Below, piece by piece: positions 39,748-49,831 of a DNA stretch of 64,000 nucleotides. Below the pieces are notes generated by a model. It was not told the origin of the DNA. It made no database searches and saw only the letters and a list, made by a program, of their open reading frames with translations. Positions within the stretch are counted from its first letter, which is position 1, and the number at the start of each line of letters is the position of its first letter. Made by a program: the position numbers and the translations under genes. Origin of the DNA: Candidatus Atabeyarchaeum deiterrae (GTDB lineage Archaea; Asgardarchaeota; Atabeyarchaeia; Atabeyarchaeales; Atabeyarchaeaceae); NCBI GenBank assembly GCA_037310415.1, contig CP147780.1:1184001-1248000 (forward strand), written 5' to 3'.

Positions 39748-40455
39748 CTAGACTTTATGGATACCTTTTTTGAACAAGAAAATCGGAAAGGAGACTCTTA
39801 GAAATGGGATTATTCTGGCCACTCTAGGTACAACTTCTTTGGGGTAATGAAAAATCATTTCATGCGCAAGTCTGAATCCCGCTTTCTGGCATAGACTTTT
39901 GAGAAAATCCTTTTTTATCGTGAAATAGTCAATTTTCTTCCGATACAGTAAGCCAGCATACATTTCCTGCAAGGTTCGCGGAAGGTAATTGAAAAAAGGC
40001 AAAAGGCTATGTGCGTCTATAAGGGATTTTGCATTCGGAATTTGGATGATCAAAATCCCCTTATCGGATAATACACGGTAGATTTCTTGAAGTGAAACAA
40101 ACCTCTTCTCTGGCTTTATGTGTTCAAATACTGAGATCAATGTTATCATATCGTAGCTTTTGTCAGCAAAGGGCAATCTATCCGCATAAGCTGGGACTAT
40201 TCTAATGCCACCACTATTCTTGGGAGGAGATGGATCGACCCCCACAAATTTGATTCCTGTCCTTTCACTAAATCGTTTTGTAAATTCCCCAGTTCCACAG
40301 CCTACATCTAACCCCCTCCGAAATTCTGTCCCAAAAAGTGAAGAAGCATTCTTTATGTATCTATGAATGATATCTGCCAGGAATCTCTGGCGCTCTTCAT
40401 AACATGCTTTTTGATCTTTTGAAATCGCCCAAAACAGTTTCTGAAAATCAGCCAT
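39748..40455 (-). CDS. Class I SAM-dependent methyltransferase (AT-rich)
   Basis: LDVGCGTG, GVD, LPFADKSYD, VFEH, EIYRVL..G..IIQIPN. Confidence 0.88.
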   Translation of the reverse strand: MADFQKLFWAISKDQKACYEERQRFLADIIHRYIKNASSLFGTEFRRGLDVGCGTGEFTKRFSERTGIKFVGVDPSPPKNSGGIRIVPAYADRLPFADKSYDMITLISVFEHIKPEKRFVSLQEIYRVLSDKGILIIQIPNAKSLIDAHSLLPFFNYLPRTLQEMYAGLLYRKKIDYFTIKKDFLKSLCQKAGFRLAHEMIFHYPKEVVPRVARIIPFLRVSFPIFLFKKGIHKV

Positions 40456-40816
40456 TTTGCTTACTCACCTATGACATTCCCTGTCTATATGAGAACTTCC
40501 CCGAAGGCAGGGTCGGGACGAACTGCGTCGCTCGCTATGTTAGAGCACTTCGGTTCCTTTACGGTCATGGTTTTCTCTCATACATAAGAAGTGGCTGTAC
40601 ATAAGGGTTCGCACTTAGTTAGTGACGGGCCAGATGTATTTGGCTGGTGAGTGCAGCTCCAAAAAACCTTAAACGAGTTCCTATTGCATGTGTAGCTTAC
40701 TTTCTATTGAGAACAACAATGAATAAGAATAAGACCCTCTAGCTTCTTTTGTTGAAGTCGCTCGATCGCGCTTCAATCAAAATCCATACATAGGTACAAC
40801 GGAGCGGTTGGCCATA

Positions 40817-43456
40817 ATGGTCGCAAAACTCGACTTCTCAAACTACTCAATTGCCGTAAGCGAAGTACTTGGAGAAGGCGGCAACAGAATCAGAGTGTTA
40901 TTGATAAAAGATAAGCTTAGACCAAGCTTGAAACTAAGAGCATCAGTTGTCTTCCTCGTCGAGATGGAGGAAGAGAAGGGTTACTCCAGACCAGGCAAAT
41001 TCTGGATTGAAGACAAGGAACGCAAATTCCTCCAACCTAGAGAATTCATACGATTACTGAGAGAATGCATCCAAATATGTCTCGCAAAGAATTCCACAAA
41101 ACTCTTCCGCAAGAATTTCGCAGCGCTACTCAGTACATTCCAAATATCCTCAAGGAAAGTCTTCGAGTGCGACCTATGTGACTACTGTTTGGTTGAAGGC
41201 AGCGTCTCGATGCTTGATCAAAGCAACAAGTACACTCTCGAAAACTCAACTCTTTGCCGAGAATGCGCAGGATCAGAAGTTGTTAAAGAGATCGAGTTTG
41301 AAGGGGACAAAAAAACTACAAAGGCCACAAGGAAACAGATTGCGAGAATCCTAGACAGTGTGAAACGTGTCGACAAGGCGATCAGATTCGCCTTCTACAA
41401 GAAAGATCTCATCTCCCACCCAGAGTTGACACTCGTCGACACGATAGAGGCGGAACCGCCAAGACCAACCACACCCATAGACAAGCTCGAGATCCTACCG
41501 GAGCTGAGGCAAGTTCTCTCCAACGATGGAGTCAATTTTCTCCTGCCAGTTCAAGAGGCGGCAATCAAAGCGGGGCTCTTAAGGGGAACCAGTCTTCTGA
41601 TCGTCTCAGCAACTTCAAGTGGAAAGACCTTAATCGGAGAACTCGCAGGAATCGTAAGGGCGCTAAGAGGAGAGAAGATAATCTACCTGGCCCCGCTAGT
41701 CGCGCTAGCGAACCAGAAGTATGAAGAATTCAAATCACGGTACTCAAAAATGGGACTAAGGACGGCCGTAAAGGTTGGAATGAGTAGAATCAACGTTGGC
41801 GACGAAGAACTAGTGCTGGTAGATGGAGACATAAGAGCCGCCAACATAATCAGCGCAACTTACGAAGGACTAGATGTTTTACTCAGATCTGGCAGAGCGA
41901 CTGACATAGGCAAGGTCGGCGTCATTATCATTGACGAAGTACAGATGATAGCGGACTCAGAGCGTGGACCAGAGTTAGATGGCCTCATAACTAGATTCAA
42001 AAAGCTGTTCACTGGATGCCAATTCATATGCCTGTCAGCCACGGTGGGAAACCCTGAGGAACTCGCAAAAGATCTTCAACTGACTCCAGTGTCTTATCCA
42101 GGCAGACCAGTTTCACTTGAAAGACATCTGATAATCTGCTTCTCCGAGAACGACAAACTGCAAGCACTAGCCCAACTAACGAGACTCGAAAGAAGGATAA
42201 TGAGCAGCACGGGCTTCCGAGGGCAAACAATAGTATTCACGAACTCAAGACGAAGAACACATGAACTCTCAACGTTCTTGGAGACTAACGGGTTGAAGTC
42301 CACACCATATCATGCGGGAATGACCTACAAAATGAGGAGAACCATTGAGCTAGCATTCGTGAGAGGTGTTTATGATGTCGTTGTTACAACCTATGCCCTA
42401 GGCGCAGGATTCAATGCTCCTGCAAGCCAAGTTATCTTCGAATCTTGCAGCATGGGAAACAGATACTTGACAAACAGCGAGTTCGAGCAGATGATGGGTC
42501 GCGCAGGAAGGCTCGGTATGCATGACAGAGGAAAGGTAGTTCTTCTCGCTGAGCAAGGCAGGGTGTCGCATGGTGAAAAAGAGGAGACCGAAGACAAAAT
42601 AGCTTTGGATCTCCTTGAAGGGACACCTGAAGATGTCGAGCCAGAATATGACGAAGACCAGTGCGAAGCGCAATTACTGAGTGATATCTCAACTTTTGAT
42701 CTGACAGGAGTAGCTCCCAACAAACTTGGCGAGATGTATGACCTACTTCTCGGCAGAACAACACGCTTCGATGACGCACTAAAGAAGCTAATGGACCAAG
42801 GATTTGCAGCAATGAGAAATGGAGAAGCTGGCGAAGAGCAGCTCTGTTTCACGACAAGTCTGGGCAAGGCAACGGCAACATCATTCTTCACAACAAACGA
42901 AGCCATCCTCGTGAGGAATAGCATTGGAAGACTAGATCCACTGGGCATGTCATTGAAATTAAACCCATTCCACCAAGTTTACATCTCACCCAGGCTCCAA
43001 TCAGAACTGGAGCAAGCTTTCAATACGCGCTTCTCCTCAAACCTATTCTCAGGCGCAGTCCTGGATGTAATGAGTGTCTCGAAAAGCGGAGGACATAAAT
43101 CCCTTCCATCTTGGGTTCTAGACCTCCTCGTAAGATGGGCAACAGAATTCTTCAACTGTAACTGCAAGGAAAACCCTTTCTGTGATTGTGGATCCGAAAA
43201 GGTCTGTCGAGAGATTGTCACCCTGAGACTGACAGGACTAACTCCCAAAGAAATAGCAGAGAAGCTCCAAGAGGACTACAGTTTTCAAGTCTACCCAGGA
43301 GACCTATTCGATTGGTTCGAACAAGAGATACACAGACTTCGAGGGATAGAAAGAATCATGAAAGCACTCGGAAAAAGCGATTTAGCAGAAAAAAGCAAAG
43401 AACTTGCCGAACAAATTGAGGCTCCAAGTCCTGACCACAAAACAACAGATAAATAA
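40817..43456 (+). CDS. Archaeal Ski2-like DEAD/DEAH helicase (ASH-Ski2 / DUF5814 type)
   Basis: LLPVQ, SATSSGKTL, DEVQ, SAT, YHAG, QMMGRAGR. N-terminal Cys cluster and C-terminal CNC..PFCDCG..YPGD. Confidence 0.88.
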   Translation: MVAKLDFSNYSIAVSEVLGEGGNRIRVLLIKDKLRPSLKLRASVVFLVEMEEEKGYSRPGKFWIEDKERKFLQPREFIRLLRECIQICLAKNSTKLFRKNFAALLSTFQISSRKVFECDLCDYCLVEGSVSMLDQSNKYTLENSTLCRECAGSEVVKEIEFEGDKKTTKATRKQIARILDSVKRVDKAIRFAFYKKDLISHPELTLVDTIEAEPPRPTTPIDKLEILPELRQVLSNDGVNFLLPVQEAAIKAGLLRGTSLLIVSATSSGKTLIGELAGIVRALRGEKIIYLAPLVALANQKYEEFKSRYSKMGLRTAVKVGMSRINVGDEELVLVDGDIRAANIISATYEGLDVLLRSGRATDIGKVGVIIIDEVQMIADSERGPELDGLITRFKKLFTGCQFICLSATVGNPEELAKDLQLTPVSYPGRPVSLERHLIICFSENDKLQALAQLTRLERRIMSSTGFRGQTIVFTNSRRRTHELSTFLETNGLKSTPYHAGMTYKMRRTIELAFVRGVYDVVVTTYALGAGFNAPASQVIFESCSMGNRYLTNSEFEQMMGRAGRLGMHDRGKVVLLAEQGRVSHGEKEETEDKIALDLLEGTPEDVEPEYDEDQCEAQLLSDISTFDLTGVAPNKLGEMYDLLLGRTTRFDDALKKLMDQGFAAMRNGEAGEEQLCFTTSLGKATATSFFTTNEAILVRNSIGRLDPLGMSLKLNPFHQVYISPRLQSELEQAFNTRFSSNLFSGAVLDVMSVSKSGGHKSLPSWVLDLLVRWATEFFNCNCKENPFCDCGSEKVCREIVTLRLTGLTPKEIAEKLQEDYSFQVYPGDLFDWFEQEIHRLRGIERIMKALGKSDLAEKSKELAEQIEAPSPDHKTTDK

Positions 43457-43541
43457 TGGTAATATGACAATAATGATCAATTCCTTCTGAACCCTTGAAT
43501 CAATATCTAACCGCTTTTCGATGAGGAGATGGAAAACTGAT

Positions 43542-44132
43542 ATGACTAATGGTGTCAAACCAAAGATAATCGCTTTTATCGGGAGCCCAAGAAAGGACGG
43601 AAACAGCGAACTGTTGACAAAAGAACTCCTGAAGATGGCTGAACAGGAGGGAGCCGAGACAGAAGCAATCCGACTCGCCGAATACAATCTGAAACCATGC
43701 GATGCTTGCATGGTATGTCGCAAGACAAAGAAATGCAAGATAGACGACGATGGTGGTAAATTATTCAGCAAAGTCTTGGAAGCGGACGGTGTGGTCTTAG
43801 CAACACCAGTCTATTTTGGTTCATCATCACCTGAAATGAAAATATTCATTGATAGAATGGGTTATCAGGCGAAAGCACTGGGACAACCTCTTAACAACAA
43901 GGTTGGAAGCGCCCTAGTAATCGCTAGGAGAGCTGGTGCAAACTTCACGTACGCTCAACTCCTATTCTTCTTTCTGCTCAGCGGAATGATAGTTCCAGGC
44001 GTATCATACTGGACAATAGCATACGGAAGAGAAAAGGGAGAAGTTCTCAACGACAAAGAGGGCGTGGAAACCGCACGCGAGATGGGAAAGAAGCTAGCAT
44101 GGCTAACAAGGCTTATCAAAAAAGGAGCCTAA
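43542..44132 (+). CDS. Iron-sulfur flavoprotein (Isf-like flavodoxin family)
   Basis: GSPRKDGNS, CDACMVC....C, TPVYFG, FIDR. Confidence 0.88.
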   Translation: MTNGVKPKIIAFIGSPRKDGNSELLTKELLKMAEQEGAETEAIRLAEYNLKPCDACMVCRKTKKCKIDDDGGKLFSKVLEADGVVLATPVYFGSSSPEMKIFIDRMGYQAKALGQPLNNKVGSALVIARRAGANFTYAQLLFFFLLSGMIVPGVSYWTIAYGREKGEVLNDKEGVETAREMGKKLAWLTRLIKKGA

Positions 44133-44434
44133 CATACAGAATAACGGGATGCGCATGACACCTGTCACTTCTTTTTGCAGCTCTCTTCTTTCACAGCAGA
44201 TTTCTTTCGTGCTGCCAAATAGGGTTTACTGAGATATGCAGTAACCTGGTTCATGATGCTGGGATTGCGTCGCACGAAAGCATTTACAGAGAGTGTAACG
44301 CTTATATATCGGAGATTCAGATAATTAAATTGGAGGCCTCTTGGAGGGGGGTGGGGATCTTCACCACTCGCTCTAGTCTCCAATTGAGGGTTCTCATCTC
44401 ATTCCGCCTCCACTTATGGCAGATGGATCCGACT

Positions 44435-45301
44435 TCATTTTGAGGCTAGTAGTATTGAAACAAGGATGAGCGCCGCCCCTATTGCAGCTAGCGACGTGAA
44501 GCTTTCGCCCAAAAGTGTGAATGAGAGGAGCAGCGCCCAAAGGACTTCGAGTAGAAGCACTATGGCTGAAGTTGTTACGGTCAAACCTTTCAATCCCAAA
44601 GTGAAAAGGAAGTAAGCAACAGTGGAGCAGAACACTCCTGTGAAGACTAGGGTAGCCCAGCCCAGTGCAGGAATCGCTGTGACACTGGTGGTTCCCAAGA
44701 GGATTGTGAATGGAAGTAAGAAAACGGACGTCAAGACCTCGACGCTCACTGTCATCGCAACTATATCGGTTCCCTTTGAAACCATCGCTTTGTTGCACAC
44801 CATGAAGAATGCCCAAGAGACACCTGCTAAGAAAACTAGAATGTCCCCCATGAGTTCGCCACCTAGCAACTCATTGAGGTTTCCGCTTGTCGCCAAAAGC
44901 GCAGCCCCAAGAAACCCCATGGCCACCGCCGCTTTCTTCGGATTTGAGAAATGCTCTTTGAAGATCAGCCAACTTAGAAGTGCAACAACAATTACGTCAG
45001 AGTCCACGAGGAGAGAGGACTTCGAAGCTGTGGTATAGGTCATACCAACATACTGGAGTATGAAACCCGCCGCGTTAAATATGCCAAGCGCCCAGACAGT
45101 CCTGTTTTTGAACAGCGAAACCTGAACTCTTCTCATGGGAATAGCAACAACTATTACTGCAATCGAGGCGATTAAAAGGCGCAGGAATGAAAACGTGTAC
45201 GCGTCAACGTACGATAATCCAATCTTGTTGACAACAAAACTCGTTCCCCAGAGTAGACTTGCCATAACAGTCAGCGAAATGGCATATGTCTTACTTTTCA
45301 T
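44435..45301 (-). CDS. EamA/DMT-family transporter
   Basis: LLWGTSF, about 10 TMs, LLLEVLWA..LLGE. Confidence 0.88.
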   Translation of the reverse strand: MKSKTYAISLTVMASLLWGTSFVVNKIGLSYVDAYTFSFLRLLIASIAVIVVAIPMRRVQVSLFKNRTVWALGIFNAAGFILQYVGMTYTTASKSSLLVDSDVIVVALLSWLIFKEHFSNPKKAAVAMGFLGAALLATSGNLNELLGGELMGDILVFLAGVSWAFFMVCNKAMVSKGTDIVAMTVSVEVLTSVFLLPFTILLGTTSVTAIPALGWATLVFTGVFCSTVAYFLFTLGLKGLTVTTSAIVLLLEVLWALLLSFTLLGESFTSLAAIGAALILVSILLASK

Positions 45302-45401
45302 CGAGGTGACCTGCCTGCAGAGAAAATGTGAGTCTTATCTCATGCTCTATGTGTTGCACCGTCGCCGAAGGGAGCGATCTTGAATTATGTTCATGACTCT
45401 T

Positions 45402-46166
45402 CTATATGTTATGCCTCTGCAAGAACCTCATTATCGCTACAGAGAGTTCTCTTGGTTTCTCCACCACGCTTGAGTGGCCGGCTCCTTTGATGATCTCGAC
45501 TACTGACCCTTTGATTCCCTTGTTCAATGTGTCAGCCATTGGTTTAGGGGTCAATATGTCGTCGCTACCCATTGTTATGAGAGTCGGAACCTTGATCCTA
45601 TGTAACCTGTCGGTAGCATCAAATCTACTCGTGGCACCAAAATCCCTTAGGACAGTCTCTTTTGGAACATCCAAGTTATACTTCAGGGCGTCTTCAACCA
45701 CATTCTTTGGGGTGTTCTTTGAGTAACCCATGCTTGCTGCCATTCTCGTTGTTCCCTCGCAGTCATCCTCGAACAGTTTCAGGATTCTTTCGTCGATAGG
45801 TATCTTTGCGCCACTGTCAATTAACACCAAAGCAAGAGTCATCTCCGGATGGTCATAGCAGAAACTTAAGCACACCAACCCGCCCATTGAACTCCCAGCT
45901 AGAACTGCTTTCTTAACATCAATCTTTGTGAGGAGATATGCAATGTGGTTGGCGTAGTGCTCTATTGTAACATCGCCGCTAAGGTTCTCTGATCCGCTTC
46001 GCCCAGGAAGGCTGGGAGTGATAACCCTATATTTCTCTTTCAGGACTCTGACCATTCCATCGAATCCTTCCACGGTTCCTTGAGCGCCGTGCACAAGCAC
46101 AATGGATGTTCCCTCGCCACATTCCTCATAATGAGTTATCAGCCCATCAACCTCGACGATTGGCAT
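45402..46166 (-). CDS. Alpha/beta hydrolase
   Basis: LVHG, GSSMGG nucleophile elbow, GSDD, AGH. Confidence 0.9.
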   Translation of the reverse strand: MPIVEVDGLITHYEECGEGTSIVLVHGAQGTVEGFDGMVRVLKEKYRVITPSLPGRSGSENLSGDVTIEHYANHIAYLLTKIDVKKAVLAGSSMGGLVCLSFCYDHPEMTLALVLIDSGAKIPIDERILKLFEDDCEGTTRMAASMGYSKNTPKNVVEDALKYNLDVPKETVLRDFGATSRFDATDRLHRIKVPTLITMGSDDILTPKPMADTLNKGIKGSVVEIIKGAGHSSVVEKPRELSVAIMRFLQRHNI

Positions 46167-46342
46167 CTTGTATCAAACACACTCCACACGCTTTCCATGT
46201 AGGAATATCTCAATGGAAACTCGCCGAATCCTGCGTCGTGTTCTTATCTCTCCACTAGCACGAAGAAAACAGAAAGATCGTAGGATAAATAACCATGGTA
46301 GCCAACTCATGAGTGAAGCGTCAAGGGTCTCGCACATGCCCA

Positions 46343-47116
46343 TCACCGCATATGCAACTTGACAGGTACGGTTGCTAAGAATACAGCAAGCCCTGAGAGA
46401 ACCACCATGGGACCAGGCGGCAAGCTCAAGTAACCCCATAACAAGATTCCCGCCAACGAGCTAACCGCAGCAAAGACTGCACTTAGAATCGCATACCTGA
46501 ACGAGTTTAGGCTCAAATTCTTGGCAGTCGCTGCAGGCACCACAACCAGGAATCCTACAAGTAGCGTACCAGTGATTCTTATGCCCAACGCTACAACGGC
46601 TGATACCAGCAAGAGATACAATAGATTTATCCTTCTAATCTTGATGCCTTTGGAGATTGCAAGATCTTCCGAAATCATGCCCAGAACCATACTTTTGTAG
46701 ATAATCCTCGTCAGAACTATTGCTACAAAGGACACGATTACTGCGACGATCGTATCCAGTAAAGTCACGCTTGATATGTCTCCAAACAGTGCCTCAAGCA
46801 AGTCTACCTGAGGTATCATTAGGACTCCTACTGCCAACGCTGTCGTGAACATTGCGCCTATTAGTGCCTCATATGAGAGTTTGGTGACTTTTCCAAGATA
46901 CCAGACTATTATTGCTGCTGCAAAGAGGACTGCAAAAGCTCCCATGAAACGATCGAAGTTGAACAGGATGCCTAAGGCGAGACCTGGCAAAGCGACGTGG
47001 GACATCGCGTCGCCAACAAGTGCCATCTTCTTCAACACCATTAGAGAGCCAAGGTAGCCAGCTGCAAGGCCCACAAAGATCCCTATGACCAAGCTGTATG
47101 TCAAGACTTCTGTCAT
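46343..47116 (-). CDS. Metal (Zn/Mn) ABC transporter permease, ZnuB-like
   Basis: ALVGDAMSHVALPG, LFGDI, GTLLV, PAATA. Confidence 0.9.
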   Translation of the reverse strand: MTEVLTYSLVIGIFVGLAAGYLGSLMVLKKMALVGDAMSHVALPGLALGILFNFDRFMGAFAVLFAAAIIVWYLGKVTKLSYEALIGAMFTTALAVGVLMIPQVDLLEALFGDISSVTLLDTIVAVIVSFVAIVLTRIIYKSMVLGMISEDLAISKGIKIRRINLLYLLLVSAVVALGIRITGTLLVGFLVVVPAATAKNLSLNSFRYAILSAVFAAVSSLAGILLWGYLSLPPGPMVVLSGLAVFLATVPVKLHMR

Positions 47117-47829
47117 GGAGATCTCCTCTCATCGTCCAATCCCTTGCACACAGTTTCTCCACAGATCATTTGTTGTATGGTGGGATTCATTATTTCCTTT
47201 GATTCCCCGAAGAATGTAGCAGATCTGTTTAGAGCAAGCACGTAATCTGAGTGCTCTCTGACGATGTGGACGTCATGCGATATCAGAACCATCGTTATTT
47301 TCTTCTTCTGTTTCAGTTCGCCAAGCATTAAGTAGATTGGTTCTTCGCTCCCCATGTCGACCCCACTCGTAGGTTCATCGAATAGAAGAACGCTTGGGTT
47401 ATCGATTAGAGCCCATGCGATTAATACCCTGCGCAATTCGCCACCAGACAGGAGACCCAAGTTTTTGTTCGGTATGTTCTTGTCGACCAGTTTAACTAGG
47501 CTGAGGTATTTCCCAACGTTTTGGCGGCCCTTGACCGAGAGAAACTCTTTCACCGAAATCGGTATGTCGCTGACGGTGATATTCTGAGGCACATAACCTA
47601 TTTTCACTTTTTCTTCCCATTCAATAGTCCCATCATAGGGCACAAGGTTAAGTAGCGCCCTCACCAGTGTTGTTTTTCCTGCGCCATTTGGTCCGAATAC
47701 TGCCAAGGTTATTCCTTTCTTCAGATTGAAGCTCAAGTTGTCTATGATGACTTGATCTTGCAGCTTTACGGTGAGATTTGAAACCTTCAATATGTAGCCA
47801 TTATTGTTGCCCATAAACAAAGATCCCAT
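47113..47829 (-). CDS. Metal ABC transporter ATP-binding protein, ZnuC-like
   Basis: GPNGAGKTT, GYVPQ, LSGGE, FDEPT, SHD. Overlaps the permease by 4 nt. Confidence 0.9.
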   Translation of the reverse strand: MGSLFMGNNNGYILKVSNLTVKLQDQVIIDNLSFNLKKGITLAVFGPNGAGKTTLVRALLNLVPYDGTIEWEEKVKIGYVPQNITVSDIPISVKEFLSVKGRQNVGKYLSLVKLVDKNIPNKNLGLLSGGELRRVLIAWALIDNPSVLLFDEPTSGVDMGSEEPIYLMLGELKQKKKITMVLISHDVHIVREHSDYVLALNRSATFFGESKEIMNPTIQQMICGETVCKGLDDERRSP

Positions 47830-48054
47830 TCCGTGACAGAGTTTTCGCTCATAAAGAGGCTAGGGTGAACTTATTAGTTTTCACACTTTTTAATAACTCT
47901 ATCCCTCTCATTCTTCTCTTCTGCCCAAATTCTCCTCTATGACCACAAGTGAGAGTGAATCGTGTTAGATTAAGGGAGCATGAGGAGAGTATGTTTGTAC
48001 CAAGATTCCTGAATCAGAAAAAAAGTAAGGGTGTGTCGCCAAGCACTCCCAGAT

Positions 48055-48792
48055 TCACGCGACTCTCTTTCTTCCGACAACAAGTCCAGCAACCAGTCCC
48101 ACAGTAGCACAAATTCCAACCACCCCGACAAGGAATAATGTCGAGATAGGCTGCGTAGGCTGAGCAGCAGTATTGACGTTGGGAATATTGGTTTCAACTA
48201 TCCGGAGATCAGTGATCTGTGTCTGGTGCGATGTGACATTCAAAGATGAATCAGTGAACCCAACTACAACCCCCGTGTCTTTGTCTATTGAGCCAGCGTA
48301 CGTCTCGTTAATCCCGCCGTGCTGCCAGAACCAGGTAACGTCAACCATGTCAGCACCTATTGTGACCCTGTTATATACGCTCAGGTTCTCTGCATAAGAC
48401 TTCAATAGGTTCCACCACGCGCCTGAAGTAGGTGTAATCAAAAAGCCCATCGGAAGATCCATATCCCCAGAAGAAGCAAACTCGTCGAACGTGCCATTGA
48501 TGTAGAATATGAAAAACGCCCCTTCAATCCTGTGCGTGTCACTTGCATAGCTAACGTCGTATCCCCATGTCATGTTGACATCAGCCACAATATACGAAAA
48601 AGTTGATCCTGTTCTGAACAGACCACTTGTGGTGTTGCTGAATACGCACTGGTACTTTGTGTACGCTCCTTTCCCAACTACGAGGCTGTATGTGTATGTT
48701 GCTGCCGACGTGCTAGTAATGGCGATCGAGAAGAATGTTAGAGCGATCAGCGATATGCCAACCAGTTTGTTTAGATGTCTCATTGTTCTCAT
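48055..48792 (-). CDS. Secreted/surface protein with signal peptide and C-terminal TM anchor (paralog 2)
   Basis: Signal peptide ending TSA, about 6 NxS/T sequons, C-terminal TM followed by RKR. Confidence 0.75.
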   Translation of the reverse strand: MRTMRHLNKLVGISLIALTFFSIAITSTSAATYTYSLVVGKGAYTKYQCVFSNTTSGLFRTGSTFSYIVADVNMTWGYDVSYASDTHRIEGAFFIFYINGTFDEFASSGDMDLPMGFLITPTSGAWWNLLKSYAENLSVYNRVTIGADMVDVTWFWQHGGINETYAGSIDKDTGVVVGFTDSSLNVTSHQTQITDLRIVETNIPNVNTAAQPTQPISTLFLVGVVGICATVGLVAGLVVGRKRVA

Positions 48793-48811
48793 CTACCTCC
48801 ATGAGTTGCGG

Positions 48812-49576
48812 TCACTTCTTGGACCCCCTTCCTGTCTTTGAACCAATGAAGTACCCTGCGACCAGTGATACAGTCAATCCGCCTACAGCTGCAACACCAA
48901 GGAAAAGTGCTGACGAAGGTGGTGATGGAAGTGGTTGTGGGTTCTGCGGAATATTCGGTACACTATACTGGAGCATCTCGTACTGATAGTACTGTCGATT
49001 GGTCGCATTTGCAATTTCTACCGACAGCACGCTGAGCTTGGACGTAACGCCAGTATAACGATCAACTGTCAGCCAGATGGTACCATTGTAACCAGAACCT
49101 AGCATGAAGATAGTCACATTGACTTCAGATGGGTATATCGTGATTCTGTTCAATCCAGTCACGTTCAACGACGGATCTGCGAGAAAGGTCTCCATGAAGT
49201 TCCACCAGGCATCTGAGGCTGGGAAAAAGACAAGCCCGAAAGGTGGTCCAGTCTCGATATTGACCTCACCAGCATCCTCCAGAGTTTCATTGAGGTAGAG
49301 CCCAACGTAGGCTCCCTCTAAAGTCGTGTCGTTGTAGGGATAGGGCATCGCAGTTCCGTAACTCATGTTCTTGTCCCACAGCATTAGTCCGAGGGTGGTT
49401 CTATTGTTAATGTAAGACTCCGTAGAGTTACTGAAGAGGCACTTGTAGTCTACGTACGTTCCTCTGTCCGCCGCTAGTTGATACTGAGTTGTTGCCGCTG
49501 ACGTGTAACATGTGCCTAGCGAAAGGATCATCAATGTCAGAATCGATGCGCCAACTATTTTGGATAGCTTATTCAT
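48812..49576 (-). CDS. Secreted/surface protein with signal peptide and C-terminal TM anchor (paralog 1)
   Basis: Signal peptide ending TSA, about 9 sequons, Pro-rich linker, TM and basic tail. Colinear with the 48055-48792 protein. Confidence 0.75.
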   Translation of the reverse strand: MNKLSKIVGASILTLMILSLGTCYTSAATTQYQLAADRGTYVDYKCLFSNSTESYINNRTTLGLMLWDKNMSYGTAMPYPYNDTTLEGAYVGLYLNETLEDAGEVNIETGPPFGLVFFPASDAWWNFMETFLADPSLNVTGLNRITIYPSEVNVTIFMLGSGYNGTIWLTVDRYTGVTSKLSVLSVEIANATNRQYYQYEMLQYSVPNIPQNPQPLPSPPSSALFLGVAAVGGLTVSLVAGYFIGSKTGRGSKK

Positions 49577-49831
49577 ATTCGTGTTTCCTCATTTTCTAAC
49601 GCGATTGTTCAACGCATTTCGCACTGGATACGGGAAAGCTACTTATCCAAATATCTTTTTCCTAGTACAGCCAGTCGACGAATTGCCAGCGGGGAATGTT
49701 CGCAATTCTTATTAGACCAAAGCCTTCGAGTAATGTACATTCTCCTGATATCACATGCGTCATATCCACTGGAATGTTGGTTGCGCGGTTAGCTGCGATC
49801 TCCATCATTTATCATAAGTGAGAGGAAGAGT

